Positions 1 to 10,298 of a stretch of 53,065 nt of DNA are shown here, piece after piece. Made by a program: the position numbers and the translations under genes. The DNA is taken from contig FLMG01003187.1 of the NCBI GenBank assembly GCA_900088475.1, forward strand, positions 1 through 53,065, in the 5' to 3' direction. The stretch is from Hyphochytrium catenoides (Eukaryota > Protista > Hyphochytriomycota). The notes under the pieces are model-generated. The model was given only the letters and a program-made list of their open reading frames with translations, did not search any database and had not been told where the DNA came from. The first letter of the stretch is position 1, and every line of letters starts with the position of its first letter.

Positions 1-412
1 AATAGTCATTCCAGAGCTTCTTGTGGCCTAGCTCAGCCCTCTGACGATCAATGTTGGGGGCCTTTCCAGCTCTGCTAGAGCTCGTGCCATCAGACAGTAG
101 ACGATGCCCGCTCAGAAGACAGTTGAGAATATTGTCTTCGTCATCATCGTCAAACATGAGGAGCCGTTGCAGATACTGCTGTTGCTGAACCTGCCATCCT
201 TCAAGAGGAGCTACCATAGTTGTTGTTAGAGGAGGAGGAGGGAGAGGACCGTGCGCTGCTGTCTCAGTGGAAGACAGACTAGATGACGATGATGATGGAA
301 ATGTAGTCGGCTCGTCGGTAGTGGGGCTCGAAGCGCTACCATCCCCCCTACTGCTGGTAGTAGTCGAGGGCATGATGGCTGTCGTGGAGCTGCTGGAAGA
401 AGAGGAGAACAT
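1..412 (-). mobile_element. 5' part of a PIF/Harbinger (Pong/Plant_tran-like) transposase ORF, running off the left edge of the window
   Basis: Manual translation shows an open minus frame from ATG 412 (or 217) to position 1, ending ...FDDDDEDNIL...SRAGKAPNIDRQRAELGHKKLWNDY. This matches the acidic patch plus G-x-x-P-N-I-x-R...GH-x-x-L-W-x-D-Y-F N-terminal motif of this family. The DDE core would lie outside the window. It is absent from the ORF track because it has no stop in the window. Confidence 0.65.
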
Positions 413-1438
413 GACTGTGGAAGGCGAAGGTTGAATGAGGTCAACCTAACTGGCAATGATGAGATCTTGCGATCACAGCGGCACTCATCTCAGTCGTCGC
501 CGCCCCACAGGATGCAGCCGCAGCGAAGAGCAGCCGAAGATCATCGCGGCTTGGTGGTGCTAGTTGTTTTTCGGTGACGACAATGACGGAGCTGGTTCTT
601 CAATACTCTGAAGCAATAAATAATCATTATTTAGTTTCCGTTCGGTTTTCACGACTGGTTCTCCTTTAGAGATGCGTTTACAGTTTTGGCGGTGCGGAAT
701 TGTGTGCTCCTCACTATCTGTAAATTAGAGTGTCAAAATCCAACCAATCACAACTCTAGAAATTTAAAGATAAAGTTTCGTTTACAGTGTCCCGGTGCAG
801 TTGCTCTAAACACTGCTAACCTTGCCAGTCTGGGTGGGCCAGAAGCCTGAGGAGGTTGTGTAGGGCAATCCTTTGACCATTCATCAATCTTTCACTTTCC
901 ATGAAATGTTTCTTACATCAGCCCAATCTAAGAGCCTCCACTTTCCCTCCTCAAAGCTTTCAAACTCTTGAAATCTTCCAATCACCACCATCTCTCACTG
1001 TCAAGACATCATCTCTTCCCTTCGTCCTCCTTCTGATTCTTATTTATCACAATGACCCATCATCCGCCGCCCCTCCCAACACTAAGATAATGTTGCTGAC
1101 AGAAGAGCCAGGCGGATGGAATCTTTGCCGTCCTAATGTATGATCTGGGGAGTGGGAGCTTCAAAGAGAGAGCAAGGATAAAAGCTTGGGTTGTGGAAGA
1201 AAGATCGGACGATTGTCCAGCGTGTCAGAGAGCTTCACCATCTGATGATGCTCATTTAGCATTGAGCGGGTGCCTCTGCAGCAGTGCTGGAGACCTCGAG
1301 TGCCCTGGTGAATAGGTGTCTACGTCTAAGATCATCTTGTTGTCGCCCGCCAGCAGGTAGCCGCCGCGCTTTTCGGTAGTACTGATTGTAGAAGAAGAAG
1401 AAGGGGTTCTTAAGCGAGGAAGAGGCATTGAAAGGATC

Positions 1439-3865
1439 ATGAGTGACCGTATCGGCTCAAACAAAGATAGCTGTCGAGGGCAGTCTTCTCCCCCACGTGT
1501 GGTAGCAGCAAGCAGTGGAACAGCAGCATACAGCGCTCTCAGCGGTTGGCAACAGCAGCAACAGGAGACTTACTATCATCAACAACAATGGAACATGGCC
1601 TACCATCAAGTCGACCAGCCACCAAGCGTCGATTCGTCACCACCACAAGCAGGTGCCGCAGATTATGCTTATCTACCGCAGCACCATTATCAGCAGCAGG
1701 TACTCGCACAGCAGAGCCCACTACCAAGCCAATACTACGGCAGCCAATACCAGCCCTTTCCACAGCACCTGCAGCAGAAACAAGAGCAAGATCACCAGCA
1801 GCTCTTTTACGGTGTGCAACAGAGTGTGCCCAGTTACTATCAGCAGCACCAGCACCAGCAATATCAGACCCACCAATATTCGGCACTCTACCCTCCACAC
1901 CAGCAGCATCACACTGACCTCCGCCACTACGATCCATATCCACAACTCAATGCAGCCGCTGCTGGTGGTGGTGCGCAGCAGCAGCAGAGACACTACTACT
2001 CGCAGACAACTGAGCCATACTGCAATCAGCCAAGCATCCCTGTAGCATCTCCCGTCGCTGTTGAAGCAAACCCCATGCATGAATCTCATAATCCTCAACA
2101 ACCTGCAGCGTCGGAGAACGCGAAAGCCCGCGGCGATGTCTACTCTGTGTGCAATCGTTGCTGCATCTACTGGCCCCGGACTTCAACTGAGAAGTGCGTC
2201 TTCTGCACCACCAGTCGCCTCCAGCTTATTAGCCCAGCAGCGGAAGTACCAAGTGACATGCTAGGGTCAAAGGAAGGACGACACTTAACGGATGATGAAG
2301 GAAAGCTTTCTGTCTGTACAGATTGCCTGATTTACTGGCCAAAGTCCTTCCATCAGTGCGCTCAGTGCAATGGATGGGCAATCTTCATTGCTGTCCGTGG
2401 AGTTGGACTGTTTGGTAGTCAAGAGCTGCTTACTCCAGACAGTGATGAGAGACAGACGGGAACTCCGCCTTGTCTAGATCCTGCAGCTTCGGAGAACGCG
2501 AAAGCAAGCAGAGATGTCTACTCTGTGTGCAATCGTTGCTGTGTCTACTGGCCCAGGACTTCAACAGAGAAGTGCGTCTTCTGCACCACCGGTCGCCTCC
2601 AGCTTATAAGCCCAGCAGCAGAAGTATCAAGCGACATGCTAGGGTTAAAAGAAGGAAGTCAAGCGGAAGATGAAGGAAGGCTTTCTGTCTGTACAGATTG
2701 CCTGCTTTACTGGCCAAAGTCCTTCCATCAGTGCGCTCAGTGCAATGGATGGGCAATCTTCATTGCTGTCCGTGGAGTGGGACTGTTTGGTAGTCAAGAG
2801 CTGCTAACTGATGAGAGACAGCCTGAATCTCCGCCTTATGTAGATCCTGAGCCGATGCATAGCCTTGTGCAGGAGCCCACACCACTCAGATCAACCCTGA
2901 CCCTTCACGAAGCTGAGGTAACCCCAAGAGCAGATTCACACGGTGCTCCTCAAAATCCTGTTATGTCGTTCACTGCCAAGTCAGAAGGTGCTGGTGGTGG
3001 CAATATTGCAGAACGACCTCACACCGTGAGGCAAGAGCTGAGTCCTTCCCAAAGAAGTAACCCTGAGGCCATTGGCCACCTAGAAGCGTTGAAGGAGGAC
3101 AAACCGGAGGTGCAACTCACAACTGTTCCTGAGGTATCGGCGGCACTTGAAGCTCTGGAGTTGACACCTAAAGCTGACTCAGGATCAACTCCCACCCCAA
3201 ATATTGCTGCTGCGGCTGCTGATGAAATTGTAGAGAACACGAGGTCAGATGTAGAATCCCACTCCTCTGATGACAACGCGAAAGAGGAGGCTCAGGTGCC
3301 AGCATGTCCTCGTGATACGAAATGGATTAAGCGCGAGTGGTATCGTGGGGACTCCATCCCAGGATGGGCCGCGTGCGTCAAATGCTGGCAGGAGGCATTG
3401 CGAGGGACAAAGTTCGAAGAGAAATTCGAAAAGAGAGTGGACGAAGATAAAGATGGGGAGCAGTCTTGCATGTTCTACTCTCCCCGCATGCGTGGAATCT
3501 ATGAAGCTGCTTGCTCTCGCGATGACTGGACTGAGTTTGAGACAGTGGCAGCTCAGCGCTGCCAGCTAGAGAAGGTGTTTCTCGAGAGGGCCATGGTGAT
3601 CAAGAAACTATTTGAGATGGCTCTGTTGCGACAGCAGTCTCTATGGCTGGCCGCCACCTATGCAAGCGGTGGAGCAGCAATTGCGGATATCGCTGGTGGT
3701 GACACTGGGTATCGGTATGGCAACTCCCAGCTTGGATGGTACAGTCAAGTGGGCTTTGCGGAGGCTGCTCAGATGAATGTAAGTGCAGGATTAGAGGGCA
3801 TGACTTCGCAGCGGCTAATGCAAGAGATGCAGCTCCACGTAGCGGAGTGGAAGAAGTGGGAGTAG
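1439..3865 (+). CDS. 808-aa hypothetical protein: Q/H/Y-rich low-complexity N-terminus, four CxxC-x(9-10)-CxxC Zn-ribbon-like motifs in a duplicated module, and a conserved-looking C-terminal domain
   Basis: Long uninterrupted ORF. The C-terminus (CVKCW...CMFYSPRMR...GYRYGNSQLGWY...AEWKKWE*) resembles an uncharacterised family I recall mainly from fungi. Confidence 0.8.
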   Translation: MSDRIGSNKDSCRGQSSPPRVVAASSGTAAYSALSGWQQQQQETYYHQQQWNMAYHQVDQPPSVDSSPPQAGAADYAYLPQHHYQQQVLAQQSPLPSQYYGSQYQPFPQHLQQKQEQDHQQLFYGVQQSVPSYYQQHQHQQYQTHQYSALYPPHQQHHTDLRHYDPYPQLNAAAAGGGAQQQQRHYYSQTTEPYCNQPSIPVASPVAVEANPMHESHNPQQPAASENAKARGDVYSVCNRCCIYWPRTSTEKCVFCTTSRLQLISPAAEVPSDMLGSKEGRHLTDDEGKLSVCTDCLIYWPKSFHQCAQCNGWAIFIAVRGVGLFGSQELLTPDSDERQTGTPPCLDPAASENAKASRDVYSVCNRCCVYWPRTSTEKCVFCTTGRLQLISPAAEVSSDMLGLKEGSQAEDEGRLSVCTDCLLYWPKSFHQCAQCNGWAIFIAVRGVGLFGSQELLTDERQPESPPYVDPEPMHSLVQEPTPLRSTLTLHEAEVTPRADSHGAPQNPVMSFTAKSEGAGGGNIAERPHTVRQELSPSQRSNPEAIGHLEALKEDKPEVQLTTVPEVSAALEALELTPKADSGSTPTPNIAAAAADEIVENTRSDVESHSSDDNAKEEAQVPACPRDTKWIKREWYRGDSIPGWAACVKCWQEALRGTKFEEKFEKRVDEDKDGEQSCMFYSPRMRGIYEAACSRDDWTEFETVAAQRCQLEKVFLERAMVIKKLFEMALLRQQSLWLAATYASGGAAIADIAGGDTGYRYGNSQLGWYSQVGFAEAAQMNVSAGLEGMTSQRLMQEMQLHVAEWKKWE
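2102..2850 (+). repeat. Intragenic tandem duplication (period 378 nt = 126 aa) of the double Zn-ribbon module
   Basis: CCTGCAGCxTCGGAGAACGCGAAAGC starts at both 2102 and 2480. The two units are near-identical, with only in-frame indels. Confidence 0.95.
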
Positions 3866-5399
3866 GCACTAAGGGAGAAGAATATCAACCATTGTAGTGA
3901 AGAGCGCATAGTCCTTGTATCTGGGGACGCTCTGCGTAATAAGATTAAGCAAGAGCTAATTTGAATAGCTGTCCAGCGTCCTGGTGAGGTCAGAAAGAGG
4001 ATACCGCACTAGGTTTACGACGATGCACTCCCTTCTTCCTATAATAAGACTATCAATCTGCACAAGCTGTCAGCTCTGGCTGAAATTCTCTTTGTTCACC
4101 TTAACAACCAATCAAAGCTAAAATGCCAAATTGCTAGCCTAGTTAGGGTCGTACTTTGACATGAGTAAAGGCTGGCAGGAGCAACAACAGACGTTTTGGA
4201 ATTATTAGCAGCCAGGCTTATGAGGACATGCCACCATCCTATGGAGCCTACTACCAGCTGCGCTTTACGGCAAGCAACAAACCGCTTTACTTGGCACCAA
4301 GCTGCTCACCGTTGAGAGTAGGATAAGGTCTTTGCCACCTCCAAAGCTCCCGCGAGTATCCAGGAGTTTAGTGCTCCAGCTTGCAAAGGCCGCTTCCTAA
4401 GGTGTCCTCGGGCCTCAGAGTCGCCTAAGACTCCTCGTGCACCCAAAGGTTATTCATAAAGAAGGTAGCTTGTGGCATGGGGTGCCTTTAAGGACCAGCG
4501 CCGGAGTGGTGGTGTCACAGGCCAAACGCTAAGATTTAGTTCTCCACAGCATCATCGAGGCATCAGCTGTAAACCTTAGGTTCCTGATGAGGATCAGGTG
4601 TTGGCCCGTCGTTAACGATTCCTTCTTGATATTGTTGTGGTGAGTCTCCACGTCTCTGTCACTTTGGCTTTGTAGAGCTACGAGGAGGAAGGAGCCGAGG
4701 TCAACATATACTGGATGACAGCCATTGGATGACAGCACTCTCTAACATTATGGGACTTCGAGTGGCCGCGGTAAAGTGGTGATGCAGAGAAGAGTTAGCC
4801 GCCGCTTTGGTTGTTTGGCTTTGAGAGCCTGTTGCCGCAAAGGGTAAAGAGGTAAAGCATGATAGACAAGACAAGAGCCATCGGCGTCATCATAGCAAGC
4901 TCTGCCCTTATAGGAAGTGCTCACAGCACGCTGCCTGTCTCTACTGACTCTTTTGATCCCTAATGTTCCATACTTCTACGACCACTGGATCATCGCGCTC
5001 TAAGTAAAAGGGTTCGTTTGGAGGCAGGCTCGGGCCATAGAGTTATTATACCTTGTTATTAGGGGAAGGAGGTAGTGACTCCACTGTCTTATTGCCGATT
5101 GATGAGGAAGGTAGACGTGAACAGAAAGTCTATGAAAGATAGAAGTGGGGATCGGAGGAAAGAGAGATGTGACATAGGGTACTACGGAGAGAGTAGGAGG
5201 GAAACAGAAGCAACAAGCCGGGCCTCAAGAACTTCTCATTGCTTCGAGAGAAGCCAAGGGAGGCTGTGATTGATTTCTCCGCCCAATACCCGTCATCACC
5301 GCCGTTCCCTGTTTCTATATTAGTCGTACGATGTGGGAAAGAAGAGGGTTGGTTGATGACCAATAACTGCCGCCCTTCATGCAGAGATCCAGCAGCACA

Positions 5400-6000
5400 A
5401 GTCCAAACGAATCTGTACAGGGACAGTGCCGATTCTCTGAGAAACGAACAGGGTTGCTGCTTGCGTCGGCAGTCGATAACGGTCTTTCTTGTCTATGATC
5501 ATGAACCAGCTGTGCATCATCACTCGTTGAAGAAGCGTGATGCCGCCATCGTAACCACCCGTCTAAGAACTAAGAGCTCCGAGAGAGCCAGCCAGCAACA
5601 ACATCAACTCCAACAGAGGAAGGGCCTCTCCCTCAATGACGACAATGAAGTGGCTGAAGCATTTTCTTTGCATTTCATGGGCAATGGGCAAGGAAGTTCC
5701 AATCAAGCTGAAGCTTCATTATTTATAAAGAAGGACTGTAAGACGATGATGAAGGGCTGTCACATCATCCTTCATGAGATGAAGGCAGGCTCTGCATAAT
5801 AATAACCTATAATAATCAATGCTTCGACCCACTTTTCCGTCCTCCTTCTGTTCAACAAGCCAGGTAGCAGCGGCACTTTTGGCCCTTCTTCTCCATCTAA
5901 TGATAAGGCACCGCTACTTACCCTATGTACTGCTGCCAAAGTAATCGCCGTCATCGTTGTCCAACAACTTCATTGCTTGTGGGTGGCTCTCAAAAACGGG
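5400..6000 (-). mobile_element. Possible highly decayed RLE non-LTR retrotransposon 3' fragment
   Basis: Broken minus-strand frames give H..NEVVG, GPKVPLLPG, DDVTALHH and KCKEN..HFIVVIE.EALPLL, in the order expected for an RLE domain. There are many frameshifts, so support is weak. Confidence 0.3.
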
Positions 6001-6584
6001 AGGCCATTGTCCTACCTTCCTTTTCCATACATTACTACCTGGTGAGTAAGCAGCCTAGGATGGCGTAGTCAATTGTTTGGCCATCAGATCTAGAAGGATC
6101 CAAGCGCTTGCTTGCTGCAGCAGGAAAGATTGATTGATTCTTCTTAAGGCGAGCATTAAAGTGGACGATGATGGAGCTGGAGAAGAAAGCACCAGGTAAA
6201 GAGGGAAAGCTACATTCTGAAGAAGGGAACCATTCTGCAGCTACTGGTCTAATAAGATGTGGCAGGTTGGGCTCCTTCTATGCAATGATAAAGGACAAGA
6301 ATGGAGGAGGTGGAATCAGAGATGACGACGAGAAGAAGACATATGGTGACGTAGATCGGTGACGAGATGAATACAAGAGAACGATGGTTTATTGAACGTC
6401 AGAGCAGAGTGGTGGTGGGTCTTTACTCTCCACGGGGCTGCACTCTATCATCGCCCGCTGGCTCTGTCTCCTTCTTCATTTATGAAGGCGACAGGCGGGC
6501 AGGACACTCCGAACTGCTAGCGGTCCCATCATCTCCCAATCAAGTGCTTTGGGCCAATTGCACCTGCACTGGGATAAGGACATA

Positions 6585-7139
6585 ATGAAGCTTCGTATCA
6601 TAGTAACCGGCATTCTAGCCACTGCGGCTTGTGTCGCCGGGGATGGTCTGCAACTGAACGGGGCCAGGAAGGATGGTAAACAGCAGGAACTAGGGTCTGT
6701 TGTTGGTGGGTCTCCTCTCATCACAGATGGCAGGTTGCTGGGCCTTACCGCTACGCCAGAGAGCAATTCTGACGGCAAAGGGATAAATGGAGCTAAGGAA
6801 GTCGCGGCCAGCAAGAAAGAGATCGATAGCTCTGGGGATATAGTAGGGAAGGCTGATGCTGTTTTAAACAACATCATCGGAGGGAAGACTGACGGCCAAG
6901 AAGAAGAAGACAAGCAGTTCTCCTCTGGTGGTGGCACTACGAGCAAAGACCAAGGCGCGTCTCCATTCCTTGCAGGTCAAGAAGCGGCAGCTCAACTTGA
7001 CAATGGACAGACCAAGATGCCCGAAAACTCTAACCAGGATAAAATGGTAGAGCTCCAACCCGACGCGAAGGAGGTGGGATATCTGAGGGGAACAGCTGAC
7101 GGGGACAGCACCGAACGTTGTCTCAAATACATTTGCTAA
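6585..7139 (+). CDS. Small secreted low-complexity protein (184 aa)
   Basis: ATG at 6585 gives MKLRIIVTGILATAACVAG, a typical signal peptide, followed by a G/D/K/E/Q-rich body. Ends ...YLRGTADGDSTERCLKYIC*. Confidence 0.6.
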   Translation: MKLRIIVTGILATAACVAGDGLQLNGARKDGKQQELGSVVGGSPLITDGRLLGLTATPESNSDGKGINGAKEVAASKKEIDSSGDIVGKADAVLNNIIGGKTDGQEEEDKQFSSGGGTTSKDQGASPFLAGQEAAAQLDNGQTKMPENSNQDKMVELQPDAKEVGYLRGTADGDSTERCLKYIC

Positions 7140-10100
7140 ATAGTTACGCGTGCTAATGACTGGTATGGTGAGAGTTGCTAAAGTATGGCCATTTCAAAGG
7201 AGATCCTTACCTTTTCAATGAAGATTGTCCCTGCATATAGAGCATTCATAGTTGCTTGTTAGAGAGAGAAATGACGACGTCGTCCCCGCATATACGCATT
7301 GAAGGCTTGCGGCCAGGCTTTGATGCTTGATGAATAGGAGAAATACGAGTTTCGATGTTGCTGAAAGATGATAGTTGTTAACTTGGTACGAGCTGCGTTG
7401 TCGGCGGCAGGAAGGTGTCTCTCTTTTGCTTGTGACTGTCGCTGTTGCTACTCGAGGACATTAGCCTTTCTGGAGGAGTAGGGGCAGCATTCTGACGTCC
7501 TGCACCGCCCTGGTGAAGACAGGTGATATAAGAGCACCAGGCCATGGCCTGGCTACCAGGGCATCAAGCCTCGCCTTGCCATGAAGGCTCCCCTGCCTCC
7601 TCGCTCTAGAGCTTGTTTGGTTAAGGTAGCCCCTAAACTAGTGGCCATGAAGGTTGCCACCGTGGCAAATCCGGTAAGCTGAGCCACAACTTTCTCTACA
7701 TCACGACGCTCTAGTAGCACCACCCGCATGTATGGAGACCCACTACAGGCGCATTATTTTTCCTTGATAGCCAGGCGCAATCTTGTTCCCTACTCCATTT
7801 CAGTGATGGTCGTTATGGTGCTTTCATACCGTTCGTCTTTTCCAGCTCATACCGGTCGCTCATCATTGATGGCTTCGAGGCCAACTGTCCATCCCTGTTC
7901 AACAAGTGAATCCACACAGTTATTATCCACCTATCGCTCATTGGCTTCTATCAAGAATAGGGAGGATTAATGGAGGTCGCCGACCACCACGGAACGAAAG
8001 GAGATTGACCTTTTCTTCTTTAATCCTGCAGCGGCCACAAGGTTTCTATTACCTGCTAGTCGCTGCTCAACAAGAAGCAGATAATCCAGCGTCACTTCTC
8101 TATGGATGGTATCTTTGATGGTATCTTGGAGGCATTGTTCAGTAATAACTGTCCCAGCTTTCTCCTTTCCAAGCACCGGCAAGTCAAAGTATCAGTTTTT
8201 TTGATGGGAGCAGAATGGCAAGACGCCGCCGTCTTCTGCCTCATGCCTCTGCGAAGATGGACGATATCCCTTCAAAGAGACACTTTGCTTAGTTGTTACT
8301 TTAGGGCCGCGCTTGTGCCGGATCCTTTTCTAGGCTGCAGAGTAGGCAAGCATTGAGTCACATTCCTCGTCGAAATCGTCTGGTTAAACGACCTAGTAGT
8401 TTGTTTGTCTGTCCGTACTCTACTGTCACTCTTGTTACTACTGGAGATGTGCGGTATGAAGGACAGCGGCACGATCCAATGACAAGAAGCTGTCCTTCAT
8501 GTGCCTGCATGACTCGAGAGTACCTTGGTCCGTCCAATTGGAGCCACTTAATGGGCCTTCTTGTCTATAGAAAGCAAGTTGACTTCATCGATAGTAATAA
8601 TGTTGACAGAGACCAAGGGAGGCAGAGGTAGTTCTAATATATTAGAGGAAGGACAGGGTTCGGCTCGTGCTCTCGGTCTGGCGGGTTGCCTAGTGTCCCG
8701 TATATATATACAGCCGATCTACTCATAATAGTAACAACCTCTTCGGTTTTGGATCTGTGGGAGAGCAACCTCATGCTGGGCCGTCTCAAGCGAACAAAGA
8801 GCCCGCCCTATAGTAGCAGTACCCAGTCTAGTACTGTTATTCCGGCTGCCGTGGCTGTCGGAAAGATAACCTGGGAGAAACCTCCTGATGTCCAACTAGA
8901 ACTCATACTTTTTATTTGTTGCCCTTCCACAAGTAAAGTAAGAAAGAATGGCAGGCCAGAGAACTACTGCCGGTTCATGCATAGAACTACTGCATCTTCT
9001 TCCGAAGAAAGCAGAATACGTAGTGATGATGACGAGATGATGAGGAGGAGGAAACAAGCAAGAGCCCTAAGGCCTTAGTATAATAACGACCAAAAGAAAA
9101 TTCTTTCTTATGCTCAAAGGGGAGACACACCATTACCCTTCTGTTCGACAGCGTCCTCTCTTTTGATTGTCGATTTACTGTCCACATCTGTTTCCTGCCA
9201 GTTTACCGGACCAAAGAACTATGCTGAAGAGGTACTTGTGTCTTCGAGACAAGCCAGAGCGCTCTCACTAGCTGTCTCACTTGAATACTGATGACAAAAC
9301 AATGAAGAGAATGGCTAGGAGAGATAAGAAGATCTAGAAAGAGCCAGAGAAAAGTGCAACGAAGAGAGACGGAGCACGATAAGGAAAAAGAACATGAGCG
9401 TGCCTCTATCTCTGGACCGAAGAGACAACCATGTGTGGGTGTGTCCTTTTGCTTCTTGCTTTGACTTCTCTGGTACCGCTACGCCTCGCCTTATTGCTAT
9501 CTTTTGCTTGTCTTCGAAAGTGTCCTACCTACGGTCTCTTGGCCGAAGACCTTGACTTTTTCAATATGAGATTGCCTGCTTCTAGAACACTAGTAGAACT
9601 ACTCGCAGTTCCGGCGTTATTATCCACTCTCTTACGTTGGTTCCTCAAGGGTCTTCTTGAACTCAATGTTGTCTCCGTCTCTCCTTTGCGTACCGTACGC
9701 TCTTCGGGGCCTTTATGATGCCCATTCGCTCTTTTGTTTCTGACAAGCCTTATTCTCTTGCTCTTCGACTGATCTTTCCCTCTCTCCCTCTTCCTTTCAC
9801 TCCTCCTCGTTCTGTTCGTTCATCACGATCTTGATTTTGGTTCCGTTCCCCATGCAGCAGATGCACGTCTATCTTGCTTGGGGCTGAAGTCGTACCGTAC
9901 ATGTGACTGGCTTTCGTGCGTTCTGGCTAGTTTCTACTGGTTACCTCTGGCGGTCCTCTGCACAGCGTGGTTCACCTTCAGGTCTCCGTATCCTGCTCTT
10001 ACACTGAAGGAATGCTTCTGGACGGCAGGAAGAGTCAAGATTCGCATCATCAAAGTAGAGAATAAAAGGTTGTGAGCGCCTTCGATTCTCCAGATAAGCA

Positions 10101-10298
10101 GGCAGAGTGCCGCAGGGTTTGATCTTTCCACATCTCCACCGTCTTCTTGTTGCTCGATTACCTGGGAAGAAGTGTCGCAGGAGACGTTCTTTTTTGCATT
10201 TCGACTCCTGAGATCAATCTTACTTTTTCTTATCAGTAGCCAGTCAACTGTGCTCTTTATCTCTGCTATTGCTCCATCTTTCGGGTGGTTGCAGAGAG

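Noticed and set aside
1515-2264. Overlapping alternative-frame and antisense ORFs within long genes
   Set aside because: Shadow ORFs caused by CAG-rich or biased codon usage, with no recognisable motifs. The same applies inside the GH31 and receptor genes.
7200-10200. Short ORFs in intergenic blocks (also 13000-15200, 24000-26400, 39300-40500, 49200-50600, 52000-53065)
   Set aside because: No recognisable motifs or consistent frame. They are possibly decayed elements, but I cannot support a call.
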